DNA of 64,000 nt, taken from the NCBI RefSeq assembly GCF_009914755.1, contig NC_060940.1; one strand, written 5' to 3'. The notes beneath the pieces are model-generated. The model did no database searches. It had not been told where the DNA came from and saw nothing but the letters and a program-made list of their open reading frames with translations. The translations under genes were made by a program, and so were the position numbers. This DNA is from the human T2T-CHM13v2.0 reference genome, Homo sapiens. Of this stretch, positions 13,626-26,785 are shown piece after piece (within the stretch, counting starts at the first letter, position 1; each line of letters opens with the position of its first letter).

Positions 13626-13980
13626 GGCCAGGCACAGCAGCTCACGCCTATAATCCTAGCACTTTTGGAGGCTGAGGCGAGCGGATCACCTGAAGTCAGG
13701 AGTTCGAGACCAGCCTGGCCAGCATGGTGAAACCCCATCTCTACTAAAATACCAAAATTAGCTGGGTGTGGTGGTGCGTGTCTGTAATCCCAGCTACTCA
13801 GGAGGCTGAGGCAGGATAATTGCTTGAACCCAGGAGGTGAAGTTTGCAGTGATCTGGGATCGTGCCACTGCATTCCAGCCTGGGCAACACAGCAAGACTC
13901 CATCTCAAAAACAAAACAAAACAAAACAAAAAACCCCAAAAAACAAAAAACCAAAACAAACAAAAATCAGAAAAAACAAC
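13626..13980 (+). mobile_element. AluS in the tail of the preceding AluJ, long A-rich tail
   Basis: Full dimer directly after the AluJ tail. Confidence 0.92.
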
Positions 13981-14960
13981 CTTCACAGCAATATCATCAT
14001 TCCATCTAGACCATTTAACAATAATTCCTTCATATCATGTAATATCCAGGCAACATTCAGGTTTCGCTGATTTTCTCATGAATGTCTTCCTGAAGTTGGT
14101 TTGCTGGTTTGCTTGAATTCAGATGCAAAAAGGTCGATTTGTGTCTTAAATCTCCCTCAGTTCTTTCTTTCTAGCCGCCTTTCATTGAGGAAGCTGGGCC
14201 GCCATCTGGAGGCCGCCTCGCACGCGGGACACGCATGGAGGACCTGCCAGGTGCCTGTTGGTGGCCGCCTGTCCCCAGGGCGTTCTGACTCAGGGACAGC
14301 TTTCAGCGACTACACGGCAGAAGTGGTGTCCATCCCCCTCGTCCTGTCAGGAGGCACCGCAGCTCTGTCACTCTCTGTTCCGCCTGTTTTTATTTTTTTC
14401 TCCTTCCATTTATTGTGACTGTTTATCTGGAAACCATTTCGAACTTACGGAAAGGTTGTAAGACTATTTCAGAGAACTCCTGTGTTCCCCATCCCCATCC
14501 CCAGAGTCCCCACTCAGATTTCTCAATAGACGGGCGCCTGCTGCTGCAGTCCCATCCCCTCTGGGGCACAGGTCCCATAGCCACGCCTCCCTCACCTCCT
14601 GTTGTCTGGAACAGTCCTGTCTTTCCTGGTATCTGTGGCCTTGCCCTGTTTGGGTATGACAGGCTCGTGTTGTGTCAAATGCCCCTCAGTTTGGTTTTGT
14701 CTGATGTTTCCTCATGATGGGATCCACGTGATGCATTTTGGCTGGAAAAGCACAGAAGGGAGGCTGAGATATTCTCAGCTCACCCTGGGGACACATGGTG
14801 GGGTCTGTCCAGCGTGATGGCACCAGCTTTCATTGCCCAGTGCACATGGCGTCTTCTGGGTTTCTCCGTGGTAAACGTGCTTCCTCCCTTTGTTTTAATA
14901 TGTTTTCGGAGAGAGGTACTTTGGGATGATGCCAGATCCTGTTCCTCATTTCCCTTCGAG
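13981..14960 (-). mobile_element. Degenerate L1MC-like fragments
   Basis: TTTGGTTTTGTCTGATGTTTCCTCATGAT...ATGCATTTTGGC and GGAGAGGTACTTTGGGA motifs. Confidence 0.45.
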
Positions 14961-15480
14961 TCAGGGGAGATTCTGGCACCGGGGTTTAGTGTGCTGTCCA
15001 AGGCCCCAGATGAGATTAGGGGTGGGGGCTGCGTAACACCCGGGCTCCAGACCAGGGCTGAGCTCACCTCCGCCGCTTTCCCCTCACTCCCACTCTTGAA
15101 ATCAGACGCGTGCAGCTACAGCACAGGTCACAGCACAGGTCTCCTTCACCCCGGTGGTGAGGGAGTCAGTGAGGGAGAGGGCTGTTCTGCCCTCAGCCAG
15201 GCCGCAGCGGATGCCAGAGGCGGGGCACCAAGCTCACCAGGTCTGGCCCAGCCGGGGCTTGTGGGAGAGGAATGGGCTGTCCTCCCACCCAGGGTGGGGT
15301 CCCTGCTCCTCCGCAGCAGGTGGCTGGCTTGACTGGATGCAGCCCGCCTCTTCTGATGGGAGGCGTTCTCCCGCAGAGAAGGTGGTGGGATGGCACCAGT
15401 CACTTTGTTCCACTTGGTCTGCTGGGTAGAAGAGATGGAAACAATGCCTGCTGAGTATCGGAATCAGATTTGGCTGTGTC

Positions 15481-16795
15481 AAAGGAAGGAAGGAGGGAGG
15501 GAGGCAGAAAGGGATGGAGGAAGAAAAGGGGAAAAGGAAAGATGAAAGAAGGGAGAGAAGGAGGGAGGGAAGGAGGGAGGGAGGGAGGGAGGGAGGGAAG
15601 GAGGGAGGGAAGGAGGGAGGGAAGGAGGGAGGGAGGGAGGGAGGGAAGGAAGGAGGGAGGGAGGGAAGGAGGGAGGGAAGGAGGGAGGGAGGGAGGGAGG
15701 GAGGGAAGGAGGGAGGGAAGGAGGGAGAGAAGGAGGGAGGGAGGGAGGGAGGGAAGGAGGGAGGGAAGGAGGGAGAGAAGGAGGGAAGGAGGGAGGGAAG
15801 GAGGGAGGGAAGGAGGGAAGGAGGGAGGGAAGGAGGGAGGGAAGGAGGGAGGGAGGGAGGGAAGGAGGGAGGGAAGGAGGGAGGGAAGGAGGGAAGGAGG
15901 GAGGGAAGGAGGGAGGGAGGGAGGGAAGGAGGGAGAGAAGGAGGGAGGGAAGGAGGGAGGGAAGGAGGGAGAGAAGGAGGGAAGGAGGGAGGGAAGGAGG
16001 GAGGGAAGGAGGGAAGGAGGGAGGGAAGGAGGGAGGGAAGGAGGGAGGGAAGGAGGGAGGGAGGGAGGGAAGGAGGGAGGGAAGGAGGGAGGGAGGGAGG
16101 GAAGGAGCGAGGGAGGGAGGGAGGGAAGGAGGGAGGGAGGGAGGGAAGGAGGGAGGGAAGGAGGGAAGGAGGGAGGGAAGGAGGGAGGGAGGGAGGGAGG
16201 GAGGGAAGGAGGGAGAGAAGGAGGGAGGGAAGGAGGGAGGGAAGGAGGGAGAGAAGGAGGGAAGGAGGGAGGGAAGGAGGGAGGGAGGGAGGGAAGGAGG
16301 GAGGGAAGGAGGGAAGGAGGGAGGGAGGGAGGGAGGGAAGGAGGGAGGGAGGGAGGGAGGGAGGGAATGAGGGAGGGAGGGAGGGAGGGAGGGAAGGAGG
16401 GAGGGAGGGAGGGAAGGAGGGAGGGAAGGAGGGAGGGAAGGAGGGAGGGAGGGAAGGAGGGAGGGAAGGAGGGAGGGAAGGAGGGAGGGAAGGAGGGAGA
16501 GAAGGAAGGAGGGAGAGAAGGAAGGAGGGAGGGAAGGAGGGAGGGAAGGAGGGAGGGAAGGAGGGAGGGAGGGAGGGAAGGAGGGAGGGAGGGAGAGAGG
16601 GAGGGAGGGAAGGAGGGAGGGAAGGAGGGAGGGAAGGAGGGAGGGAAGGAGGGAGAGAGGGAAGGAGAGAGGGAAGGAGGGAGGGAAGGAGGGAGGGAAG
16701 GAGGGAGGGAAGGAGGGAGGGAGGGAAGGAAGGAGGGAAGGAGGGAGGGAAGGAGGGAGGGAAGGAAGAATAGGAAAGATAAGAGAGAGAGGAAC
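15481..16795. repeat. GA-rich homopurine tract (GGAG/GGAA 4-mers, about 12-bp higher-order unit GGAAGGAGGGAG)
   Basis: 15544-16770 is purine-only on + except C16108 and T16368. Confidence 0.97.
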
Positions 16796-16879
16796 TGTGT
16801 TTTTTCTCTAGACAGGCCATTTCCCCCCATCATATTAAAACAAGAAAACTACACAGGTATCAGCAGCAGCTCAGGGCTG

Positions 16880-17110
16880 ACCATGGCATGGTCCACAGTG
16901 CCTGCTCTCTCTTCTTGTGCTCCTCTGCCATTCTAGCACAGCACCTCAGGGTCTAAGACAGCTGCAGAGGCTCCAGCCATCGTGTCTGCCTTCAAACCAG
17001 CAAGAGGGGAAGAGGGGGAGACAGAGCCAGCTCTTTCACTTTGATGAGAATGCATGGAAGTGACAGACTGCCCTTCAGCTCACACGTCATTTGGTTCAGT
17101 GCTTAATGGT
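16880..17110 (-). mobile_element. Ancient MLT1-like LTR fragment
   Basis: CAGCTGCAGAGGCTCCAGCCATCGTGTCTGCCTTC...CTTCAGCTCACACGTCATTTGG. Confidence 0.4.
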
Positions 17111-17120
17111 GGGGGCCGCT

Positions 17121-17148
17121 GGGGATGGGGATGGGGATGGGGATGGGG
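17121..17148 (+). repeat. (GGGGAT)n; G-quadruplex motif
   Basis: Five GGGG tracts separated by 2-nt loops. Confidence 0.8.
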
Positions 17149-19944
17149 TGGTGCTCTTGATTTCTGCCTAAGGAGAAACTCCCCTGCTTACCAGGAGTTG
17201 ACCAGCCAGGGTGCAGCTGGAGTCCAGAGACCCAAGCAAGCCAGTGAGGGGTGAGGAGCAGCGAAGGGGGCTTGGTGAGGGCTGCAACCCTGAGCCATGT
17301 GAGGGCCGCCATGCAGAGAAGGGAGTAGTAGCCTGAGCGGCTGTGGGCCCAGGGCAGGTGCAGGAGCCAGGTTTCAACATCAGCAGCTTCAAACGGGGTG
17401 GTGCAATGGATTTTCTCTGGGTATTTGGGATGGGTTTGGGGGGCAACCGCCTGCAACTCAATGTATCTCCAAGAATTGAGAGCTTAGGAGCTCCTGTCCA
17501 CTGAGGAGTTCCTGAACCACTCCTCAGGAGTGTGAAAAGGAAAAAGCTTTGCCCTCTGAGCTCAACTCTGATCCCTTTCAGGAACCACCGGTCCTCCTGT
17601 TGTACGTCCTTGCCCTGTGCTGGGTGCTGTTCCAGGTGCCTGCCAAGTGTCATCTCACGCAGCCCTCCAGGCCTAGCGGGTGAGCCCAGCACCCTCCCGA
17701 CCTGAGGCTGAGCACACAGAGGTGGGCGGCAGTGTGTGGTGTGCCCCACGTCCACCAGTGGCAGGAGGCAGAGCCAGGGCTGGAACCTGGGCAGCCTTGA
17801 CCAGCACTCGAACATGTGTCAGGCGACTGGACCAGTGCAGAGACAAAAGTCAGCAAAAGTTGGAAGTGGCTTCCAGGCACGCATGCTCTGGCAGGACCCC
17901 AGAGGACATGGGCATAGCGGAGGCAAGGGCGGCTCCATGCAAGGGGAGGAGCTCAGCTGTCCCACCAGGTCGTGCCTGGGCAGCAGGTGTCGGCACTGCG
18001 GCGCGGTGTCCCAGGCCTGCTGGCTGTGAGCGACCGGCCGTCGTAGGAGGGAGGCCCAGGCATCTCAGCAGAGGCTATGGGGTGTCTGCTTCATGCAGCT
18101 CCTGCTGTCTAACCCTGAGCTCGCCAAGAAACTGCGTGTTTATGACCTGGCTTCTGCACAGACATTTCAAAGCAAGAGACTGTGCAGGTAACCCTGGCAG
18201 GTGTATTCCAGGCTGTGACACGCAGAATGTTCAATGCCGATCACCAAGTCAGCAGGTCCTGGCTCCCTGTGCTTGTCTATTGGGTCAGGATCTCTACTCA
18301 GTTCTGCGTCTTTGAGGCTAGCAGATTCTGGAGCAGGACTGGGGACAGGGGACCAAATGTCACCCCACGAGGCCTCCTGGAGAGGACAACCCGGCTTCCA
18401 GCCACCCCGGGGACCACATTCCAGATTCTTCTCTGCAGTGGCAGGTGCTGCTTGTCGGGGTACCAGGCTCCCCCTGGCCTTTCTGGAAGAGAGGGTGTCC
18501 CTTATAAATCATAAGCAGAAAATAAATACTCAGCCAAGAAAGCACTCGGCAGGTCGAGTCCCGCTTGGCTGGAGAGGGAGGATGAGGGGCTCTGTTTCAG
18601 TGAACCTGTCAAACAGCCCCACACAGACACTGAGCAGCCCTGTCCCCGTCGGGGGCTGAGCGTCTTGGAGAAGAGGAAAGGCAGGTCTCGAGGGAAACCC
18701 GGGCAGCAAGTCTGGGCTTCTGGGCCCTTCCTCTGAGCCCGTTTCTGCTGTGCAGTAGAGAACGTTGCTTCAGAAACCAGAAGGTGTCTTGGGGATCATG
18801 GAACCCCCACTCTGCTGGGACAGGTGAATGCAAAGCAGCCCAGCAGTTGCTCGGGGCTCCTTCCGCTGGTGATGTGCTGGCGACCCTAACAATCAGCTCG
18901 CTCGGGGAAAGCTCCGATTGTCCAGGGCTTGCTCATCACATGGTGGCAAACCCTCCACTGTGGCCGATTTCATGTCACTGCCACGGCGTCACTGATGAGG
19001 AGCTGGAATGAGGTGCACAGAATGGGCTCTGGTGAGCTGGTGGGAGCTGGGGCCAGCTGCCCTGCCCTCACTGCTCCTGTTGGTCTAGAAACGTAATCGG
19101 CTGTGCTGCAAGTCCCTGGCCCTCTGGCTGTGATGCGGTGCACACGTGCACTGGGGCACATGACACCCTACCCAGGGAAACGGGAATCCAAAGGCCCCTT
19201 AGGAGAGTTTGAGAGGTGTGTCTGGAAGCCAGCTACAGGTGTGCCACCCCGGAGGACAGGTGGTGGGATACAGCATCCACAGCCAGGTGTGTGAACTTTA
19301 TGTCACAATTACACAAGAGACCACAGTCGTGGAAGCAAATGGGTCTACCAGAAAGCCACCTGGGAGCGCCAGGACCTGCGGTGATCACGCCAGATCGTTT
19401 GTGCCCCCCTCCTCCAAGACCTGCTGGGCTGGTCCAGTGGCCTCGCTGTTCTGAATCTTTCATATTCTCCAGCGAGCTGAGTACAATTTGAATATGGAGA
19501 AGTGGGTCAAGAGGAGAGAACCACCACTCTGTGCCTTGAGAAGCTGTTGCAACACGGCACTTTGTTGTTGGAGACCAGATTTTAGAAACAATGTCAGTGG
19601 CTGTGGAGCAGGTTAGAGGGGCGAGCAAGGCGTGTGACGCAAGCTCACCTGGAGGGATTGGAAAGCACAGCTTCCTGAAACTGGTCTCAGCCAAGACCCC
19701 AGAATCAGCCCTTGCGGGGCATGGCTTATGAGGAGAGTACACGCCAGGCTGAGAGCTGGGAGACACAGTCCACTGGAGGTGGTGGTGTCATGGTCCCAGG
19801 ACTGTCCCTTAAGCTCCTCAAGGCCAGGTGACTCTCCTGTCGAATGGGCATCATGAGCTCCACCTTGGAATTGGGAGGAGCAGACGCAATCAATGCCCGT
19901 GAAACTCTCGACTTCAAAGTTTATTTCAAAGGCCACTATTAAAA

Positions 19945-20528
19945 GGATTAATGTAAATTAGTTCAGCCATTGCGGAAAGCAGTTTGGAGATTTCTCAAAG
20001 AATTAAAAATAGAACTACCATTTAACCCCGCAATCCCACTACTGGGCATATGCCCAAAGGAAAATAGATCATTCTACCAAAAAGACACAGGCACACATGT
20101 GTTAATCACAGCGCTATTCACAACAGCAAAGACATGGAATCAACCCAGGTGCCCATCAATTGTAGACTGGATAAAGAAAATGTGGTACTTATACACGATG
20201 GAATAGTATGCAGCCATAAAAAAGAATGAGATCCTGTCCTTTGCAGCAACATGGATGCAGCTGGAGGCCATTATCCTAAGCAAATTCATGCAGGAACAGA
20301 AAACCAAATACCTCTTGTTCTCACTTAAAGGTGGGAGCTAAACCTTGAACACACATGGATGTAAACATGGGAAGGATAGACACTGAAGACTACTACCAGG
20401 GAGAGGGAGGAGGGGGCCGTGGGTTGAAAAACTACCTATTGGGTAGTATGTTCACTACCGGGGTACAATATACCCACGTAACAAACCTGCACATGTACCC
20501 CCTGTATCTAAAATTTGAAATAAAAAAA
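19945..20528 (+). mobile_element. L1 3' end (old L1PA/L1PB-like), 5'-truncated
   Basis: [27 protein letters not shown]2 terminus, then 3' UTR ending in an A-rich tail. Confidence 0.9.
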
Positions 20529-23196
20529 CCCCAAACCTATAGGAGGAAGGCAGAAAACCTTATTTTCAAAACAGATTTCTGGCTTTTGAGCTCGTTTGAA
20601 TTTCTATCCAAGCTCTCAGGATGAAAGAGGGACTAGGACGGGTGCTTATGTATTTGACTTTGGCTTTGGAGTCCAAAGTGTTTCTTGGAAAAAATAGGAG
20701 TGAATGCTGTTCTTAGAGTTTATCATGAAGTAAAACCTCAAATAAGGGAATTAGAAAAATTCTATTTTTAGGAGAAAGAGGCAAATTGTAAGAAAGCACA
20801 TGGACGTCAGGCTTTCGGAAGGACAGAAGGAACCTCCGTTTCCAGGGGATGCCCTGGAGCTCCTGTGGATCCGCCCGTGTCTCCTACGCCTCCTCCGAGA
20901 ATGGCTTCGACTTCTAGAAGTGGAAGTGCTTGGGGTCCTCAGCAAGTCCCTCTGTTTCGAATGAGGAAATGGCCCCTGGTGGTTATGTAAGTCAGACTCA
21001 TGAATCTTTGAGCTTGGCAACTTAAGGAGACCTTGAGTTCAATCCTTCCCTGCTCTCGTGAGAAGGCCTTGGCCCTGGCTTACTGTTCGGGCCTCCAATA
21101 GCCACAGGGGTGACTCAGGCAGGTGACATGGCTGATAAATCACAGGCTGGACCCAGGGGTTCAGTTTCCAGTGTGGCCTGGGGTCCTTTTCCTGGGGGGT
21201 CCGGGGCGCTGGCTTTCTGTCCTTTAATACTCAGAAGCCACTGAACCATGTTCACAGGTGGCTTCCCATGGAGTGGCGGGCACCACCTCTTCCAGGATGG
21301 AACTTGGGGTGGATCAGTAGAGAGTAGGGACCAAGATGAGTTAGACCCCATGGCAGGTGGGGAGGGCAGCAGGGTTGGCCAGGCTGTGATGTGCTCCAGC
21401 GCTGTTCTGAGAGCTCCGCTCTGGGCCCGGAGCACCAAGCCCACCGTCCTTGGTGGTGAGCAGTGCCGCACCCAGCAGAGCAGGTCCAGAAGCCTGTCCA
21501 GAACACTCGAGAGCAGTTGTCACGGTGCCCGGTGTGCCCCTGAGACGAAGCGAAACAGGATTCCTCAGTTATTGAATGCGGGCTGTGCGTTGATGGAGGA
21601 GGTCCCAGAAGAGGGGGTGAAATGTGATTGAAGGAACATCTCAGGTGCTGGGGTGCATCTCAGGTGCACGTGTGGGGCAAGGGCAGGTGGGACGGAATTG
21701 TGTCTCCTGACTCGTTCTCCCGAGTGCCACTGAGGCCTCTGTGCCCAGCACTCAGCATGCCATGTGAGGCTCAGAGCCAACGGGAGGGAGCATGGGACAG
21801 TGCCCCTGGTCCCTGGACCACGTTTTCCAGAGGAGGTCCCAGAGGCCTCGTCTCTTCTTCCCTCAGTCTTCCTCTTAGTGTCCCTGAACCCCAAGTCTGC
21901 AGCTGCAGTGAGCTGGTTGACAAGGGCGAGCCCACTGTCTCCCGGTGGCCAGGCTCTGTGGGAAGCTTGGGGACAGACAGGTGGGGAAAGAAGACACGGT
22001 CAGGCCTTCGAGGGGCGCGCAGATACCAGGAAAGGCAGGCCTGGAGGAAAGGTCGGTGAGCAAAACGCAAACATGGACGTGGTTTAACCGGGTCCCCAGG
22101 CCAAGTCCCCGTGAGCCGGGCTCCCCAACTCCAGCTGGACCGTGCCACTGTTTTTCAGTTCCCCATGGAGCCTCCGTTCTCAGGGTTGCTGCTGGGGGAG
22201 CGGGCGGTGGCCCAGCCCAGCTGGAAGGCCCAGCCGCGGGTCTGTGGTCTCCTTGTGGCTGGGGTGGTGTGGGAGTGTGGGTGTGGGGCTCTGCGTGACA
22301 GCGCCTGCCCGACCATGCAGGACCACATCCCAGTTGGATGGGGACCTAGGCACGGGGCGGCCTGGTGTGTGTGTTGGGTTTCAGACAGGCTGTGGTGCAG
22401 GGCAGGCAGGGCATCCGTGATGCTGCCCGGGCCTGGGCCCCATGCTGTGTGTCGCTGGGCAAGTCTCCAGCTCCTCTGATCCTCCCCTGTAAGGCAGGGC
22501 CATACGCTCTCCACTGGAGCGTGGATGGAAGGAGACAATGGGACAAAATGCCTGAATTACTTAGCACGAGCTGGTGCCAGAACATGTCCCTGGCTTCGCT
22601 GTCTCTGGCCTCCCCTCTCAGGGCCTTCACTCCCTCCCGGCTTTGCCTCCTTCCTTTCCCATGGAGACACTGCTCTCCCCCAATCTGGAGGAGCTGGGCC
22701 CCCTTCACTCTGGCCTCTTCTCTCTGCACACAGAGCTGGGCCCTGCACCCCAAGGTGTCCTGAGCCATGCTGGGACTGCAGGAAGAGGGGTGCTTCCTAA
22801 GGTGCTGAATGAAAGGGTCCTTGTGAGAATCCCTTCTGACTTGGTGACCCCATAAGTCACCCAGGGGTGGAGGGGTGGAGGAAGCATTATTGGGTGAGTC
22901 CTCCTGTGCCCTCCGTCCCCTCTGCCAGACCCTACCTGCGCTTCATCCTGCAAGCAGCCGGGCCACGCCACACAGCCTGCTCCCAGAACTCAGGGTGGCT
23001 GCAACGGAAGTTCGCACATGTGTGAGCTCAGGGACGTTTCCTTTTATCAACAAGTGCGAAGCAAGGTGGAAATAAGTCCCAGGGAGAAGGCTTACTTACC
23101 ATTCCCCTCCCCAAGGCATTCTACATCTGAACGCATTTTCAGAACTTCTCAGCCTGGACAGGCACAATCTCTTCTGCTATCTTATCATGGGGACCC

Positions 23197-23330
23197 CAGA
23201 GTCCCCGAGCCCATCCCCACATCTGCAGAGGTGCCCAGAGGTGCCCAGATGACCTCCAGTGTTTCTGTCCAGAGTCCATGAGCCCATCCCCACATGTGTA
23301 GAGGTGCCCAGGTGACCTCCAGTGTTCCTG
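23197..23330. repeat. Two-copy tandem duplication (73/63 bp) with a nested 10-bp duplication
   Basis: CAGAGTCC..GAGCCCATCCCCACAT...GAGGTGCCCAG.TGACCTCCAGTGTT at 23197 and 23270. Confidence 0.85.
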
Positions 23331-24056
23331 CGTTGAGCAGAGTTTCAAAACGCAGGGGCACAGCCTCCACTCCGTGTCCCTGGCATGCGGGAGACTTGGT
23401 GATCTGCAGTGGTTCCCAAAGGCATGCGGAGACGCAGGAGATGGGCCTTGGCCGGGCGAAGCCTAACGCCTGGGAATGAGCCCAGCTAGGCACTGGCCTC
23501 TTGGATAACCCAGAGCCACTGGGGAGAACTTACACCTCATGGGAGCCTTCCCATGCAGCACCCAGGTTCCTGACCGTTTCCCATGACAACAGTTGGGGCG
23601 AACCCCCTCATCTGAATTGCCATCACAGATGCCTCCAGATCACTGCCCTAGCTTTGCTGCAGCGAGAATCGGAGAAGTTTGGCTCCAGGGCTACCACATC
23701 AGCTGCGTTCCTTTTCCCTCTCCTCTTTCCTTCTTCCCACCCAAAGGAAGGCATCCCTTCTACCTGGTCACAGACGCCCCCCTCCGAAGCTCAAGGAAAG
23801 CCTTTCTTGAAGGCTCTGCTCACACACGTTCCAGGCTGGATCAAACTCTTTCCCCAGAATGCAGAGAGGCAGGCTGTGTGGGAGAATGTCTGCTGAGCTG
23901 GGTTCTTGGCCCAACCCCACCATGTACTGAGACATCGCTCGCCTCTCTGAGCCCTCTTCCCACCTGTCCAATGGGCTGAGCGCAGAAATGCACAAAGCGG
24001 CTGGGAAGTGTGGGACGAGGGGAGAAGACAACAAAGTTTATTACAAACATATCGCC

Positions 24057-24302
24057 AGATAGGAGGGAATACGTTCTCGTGTTCTGTAGCCCAGTAGGGT
24101 GACTCTAGTTAACAGTAATTTATTGTGTATTTCAAAATACCTAGAAGAGAAGATTTGGAATGTTTCCAACATAAGAAATGATAAAGGTTCGAGGTGAGGG
24201 ATATCCCAGTTACCCTGATTTGATCACACACATTGTATATATGCATCCAGCTGTCACATGTACCCCATAAATATGTATACTTATGTATCAGTTAAGAAAA
24301 AA
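24057..24302 (+). mobile_element. L1MA 3' end
   Basis: GTAGGGTGACT...TTTCAAAATACCTAGAAGAG...TACCCTGATTTGATCA...CATGTACCCCATAAATATG. Confidence 0.85.
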
Positions 24303-25227
24303 TGCACAGAGTGCTCTTGTGGGGATCACAGGCCCACTGGGCCATGTTGGGCATGGGCGAGGAAGGGACTGGGAGCCAGGAGCCCAACTCTGCCCCTCCC
24401 CTTGTGAAGCCTGGAGAGCATGAGTTCATATACTTGGCTACAAAATTCCTAATCCTCTGAATGGAAGAAGTGGGGACTCTAAGATCCCTTTTGGAAAGGC
24501 CCTGAGAGTCTCTAGACATGTTGTTGAAGACCCTTGGCCACAGTCAAGTGTGACTTCTTTGGAGTCTTTTATGGGGTCGTGAATTATCCATCCCCTTGTC
24601 CACTTGTCCGTGTCACCAACTTGCTGTAGGCCAAAGAGCCTCTCATGAGTTCTTGGGTGCTTCTGGGCGTGTATGTGAATTAAAAGTCTGCTTTGTGGTA
24701 TCAGGATTCCAAAGTCTGTCTTCAAAATTTTAAAGCACCCCCAACAAGCTTTGGGGTGTAGACTTTTTTCTTTTGATTCCCATATATAGAATTTAAAAAT
24801 AGTTTTTTTCCACACATGAACAGCTCCTCTTAAGCTCGCAGCTGTGTGGTTTATCTCCCATCGGCAGGAACCTGGGTGTCTATAGGCTTCCCGTTGCCCC
24901 AGTCCTTTGGTGACTGAGAACGAACCCATCTGTCATGTAAGGTGTCCTTTCACCCTGACGGATTTGGCCCTGACTTGGACTGTCAGGCTGGGTGTCAGAG
25001 GCTCTGCTTTGCAAGAAGAGAAGTGACTGGTGGATGGAGAGGGGGCTTGCTCGATGATTGACTTTGAAACCCTGGCTAGTACTGCTTGGTTTGCTGAAGC
25101 TGATTAACTTCTACATAGAGAGAAGATGGGTCACGTATATCTCCTTGAAATACCCGGAGTGGGGAGAAAGCTTTGAACCTGACATCAGATGATGCACGAG
25201 ACATTCCACCCACACTACGTCACTCAG

Positions 25228-25700
25228 TGTAGGTTTCCCGGGGCTGCCGAAACAAAGTACTGCAAACTGCATGCCTTAAAACAATGGGGACTGTACTCGG
25301 TTAGAGATCTGGAGGCCAGCAGTCCGCAGCTGAGGTGTGCGCAGGGCCATGCTGTCTTGGAATGCTCCAGGGGAGGCTCTCTCCTTGCCTTTCTCCTTCA
25401 TTCGTGAGTGGCCAGCAGTCCTTGGCTTGTGCACCCATCACTCCAGTCCCGCCTGTGTCAGCACCGGGCCTTCCTCCCTGTGTCCAGATTCCCCCTCTTC
25501 TTATGAGGACAGGAGTCATTGGGTGGGGGCCCAGCCCAATCCAGCATGACCTTATCTGAACTTGACTCCATCGGCAAAGATCCTAAGTCATCTGCAAAGA
25601 TCCTATAGGAATGTGAACTATCCAAATACGTTCACATTCACAAGTTCTAGGGGTGAACACTTCAATATATCCTTTTGGGAGTCACAGTTCAACCCAAAAC
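25228..25700 (-). mobile_element. MLT1 solo LTR (MLT1C-like)
   Basis: Same layout as 6320-6773; ends CACAGTTCAACCCAAAACA. Confidence 0.85.
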
Positions 25701-26408
25701 AGAGAGGAAAACTGAATCCTGATTTTTGTTGTTGTTGTTCGTGGTAATCAATATAGTTTACACTTAGGATGCATTGATTTTGGAAGTCCCATCAAAAAGC
25801 GTGGTGCGGCTTGCTCTACTAACTTACGGGTTTTAGCCATTCTTGTGATAACTCTTGACCCACTTTAGGCACATGGAGCTACTCGTATCAGCTCTGGAAA
25901 TGGTGGGAACCCGCTCCAGGTCCAAGTTCCTAGGTGCCAGTCAAGGGCCGACCTTGGAGGCCGCCTTCCAGGGGCAGCAGTCTCAGGCTGCTGTGTGAAC
26001 TCTCCCCACGCGGCAGTGTTGCTGGGTCCCTCTGCCACTCTTTTGGCCTCCACTTTTGGCCTCCTGTGGCTACTCTGGTAGTCTGGAACTCCCCAACCTC
26101 CCCTATCCCCAACATCCCAGCGCCCCAGTGCTGGCCTCCCATGCTCTCTGCTTTGGGTTCCTGAAAGTCCTGTCCATGTATTACCATGATGTTACTTATT
26201 TTGACTTCCTGATGCTGGCTTTCCTATGCCTCTGTCTTCATTTTGAATTTTTGTTATTGTTTTATTGCATGTGTCCAACATACACTTCCGCATATCCTCA
26301 CTCAGACCGCCCAGCACAGGGACTAATTCCATCACTGGTGTCAGTGGTTCAACTCTGGCCCTTTTTCAACAGAAATGCCTAATTCCAGATCTTTTATAAA
26401 TTGATTGA

Positions 26409-26785
26409 TTCCTTCCTTCCTCCCTCTCTTCCTTCCTTCCTCCTTCCTTCCTTTTCCTTCCTTCCTTCTTTTCCTCCCTCCCTCCCTTCCTTCCTTCCTC
26501 CGTCTTCCTTCCTTCATCTTCCTTCCGACCTTTCCTTCCTCCCTCCCTTCCTTCCTTCTCCTTCCTCCCTCCCTCCCTCCCTTCCTTCCTCCTTCCTTCC
26601 TTCCTTTCCTCCCTCCCTTCTTTCCTTCCTCCTTCTTCCTTCCTTCATCCTCCTTCCTTCCTTCCTTTCCTCCCTCCCTCCCTTCCTTCTCTTTCCTTCC
26701 TTCCTTCCCTCCTTCCTTCCTTCCTTCCCCTTCCTTCCTTCCTACCTCCCTCCCTCCCTCCCTTCTTCCCTCCTTCCTTCCTTCT
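26409..26785. repeat. (CCTT/CCCT)n pyrimidine tract in an Alu tail
   Basis: About 380 bp tetranucleotide-based tract abutting the Alu poly-T. Confidence 0.95.

Noticed and set aside
15234-16936. 419-528 aa ORFs on both strands (PPSL / EGGR repeats)
   Set aside because: A purine-only tract cannot contain stop codons on either strand, so long ORFs are expected.
20751-21020. ORF with a protamine-like RSRSHSRRRRRRHGRIHR stretch
   Set aside because: Short Arg/Ser patch in an otherwise unrelated ORF with a non-ATG start; lacks protamine Cys spacing and gene structure; most likely chance.
26409-26785. GGAA microsatellite as an EWS-FLI1 response element
   Set aside because: The longest perfect runs I see are only about 4 consecutive units; marginal.
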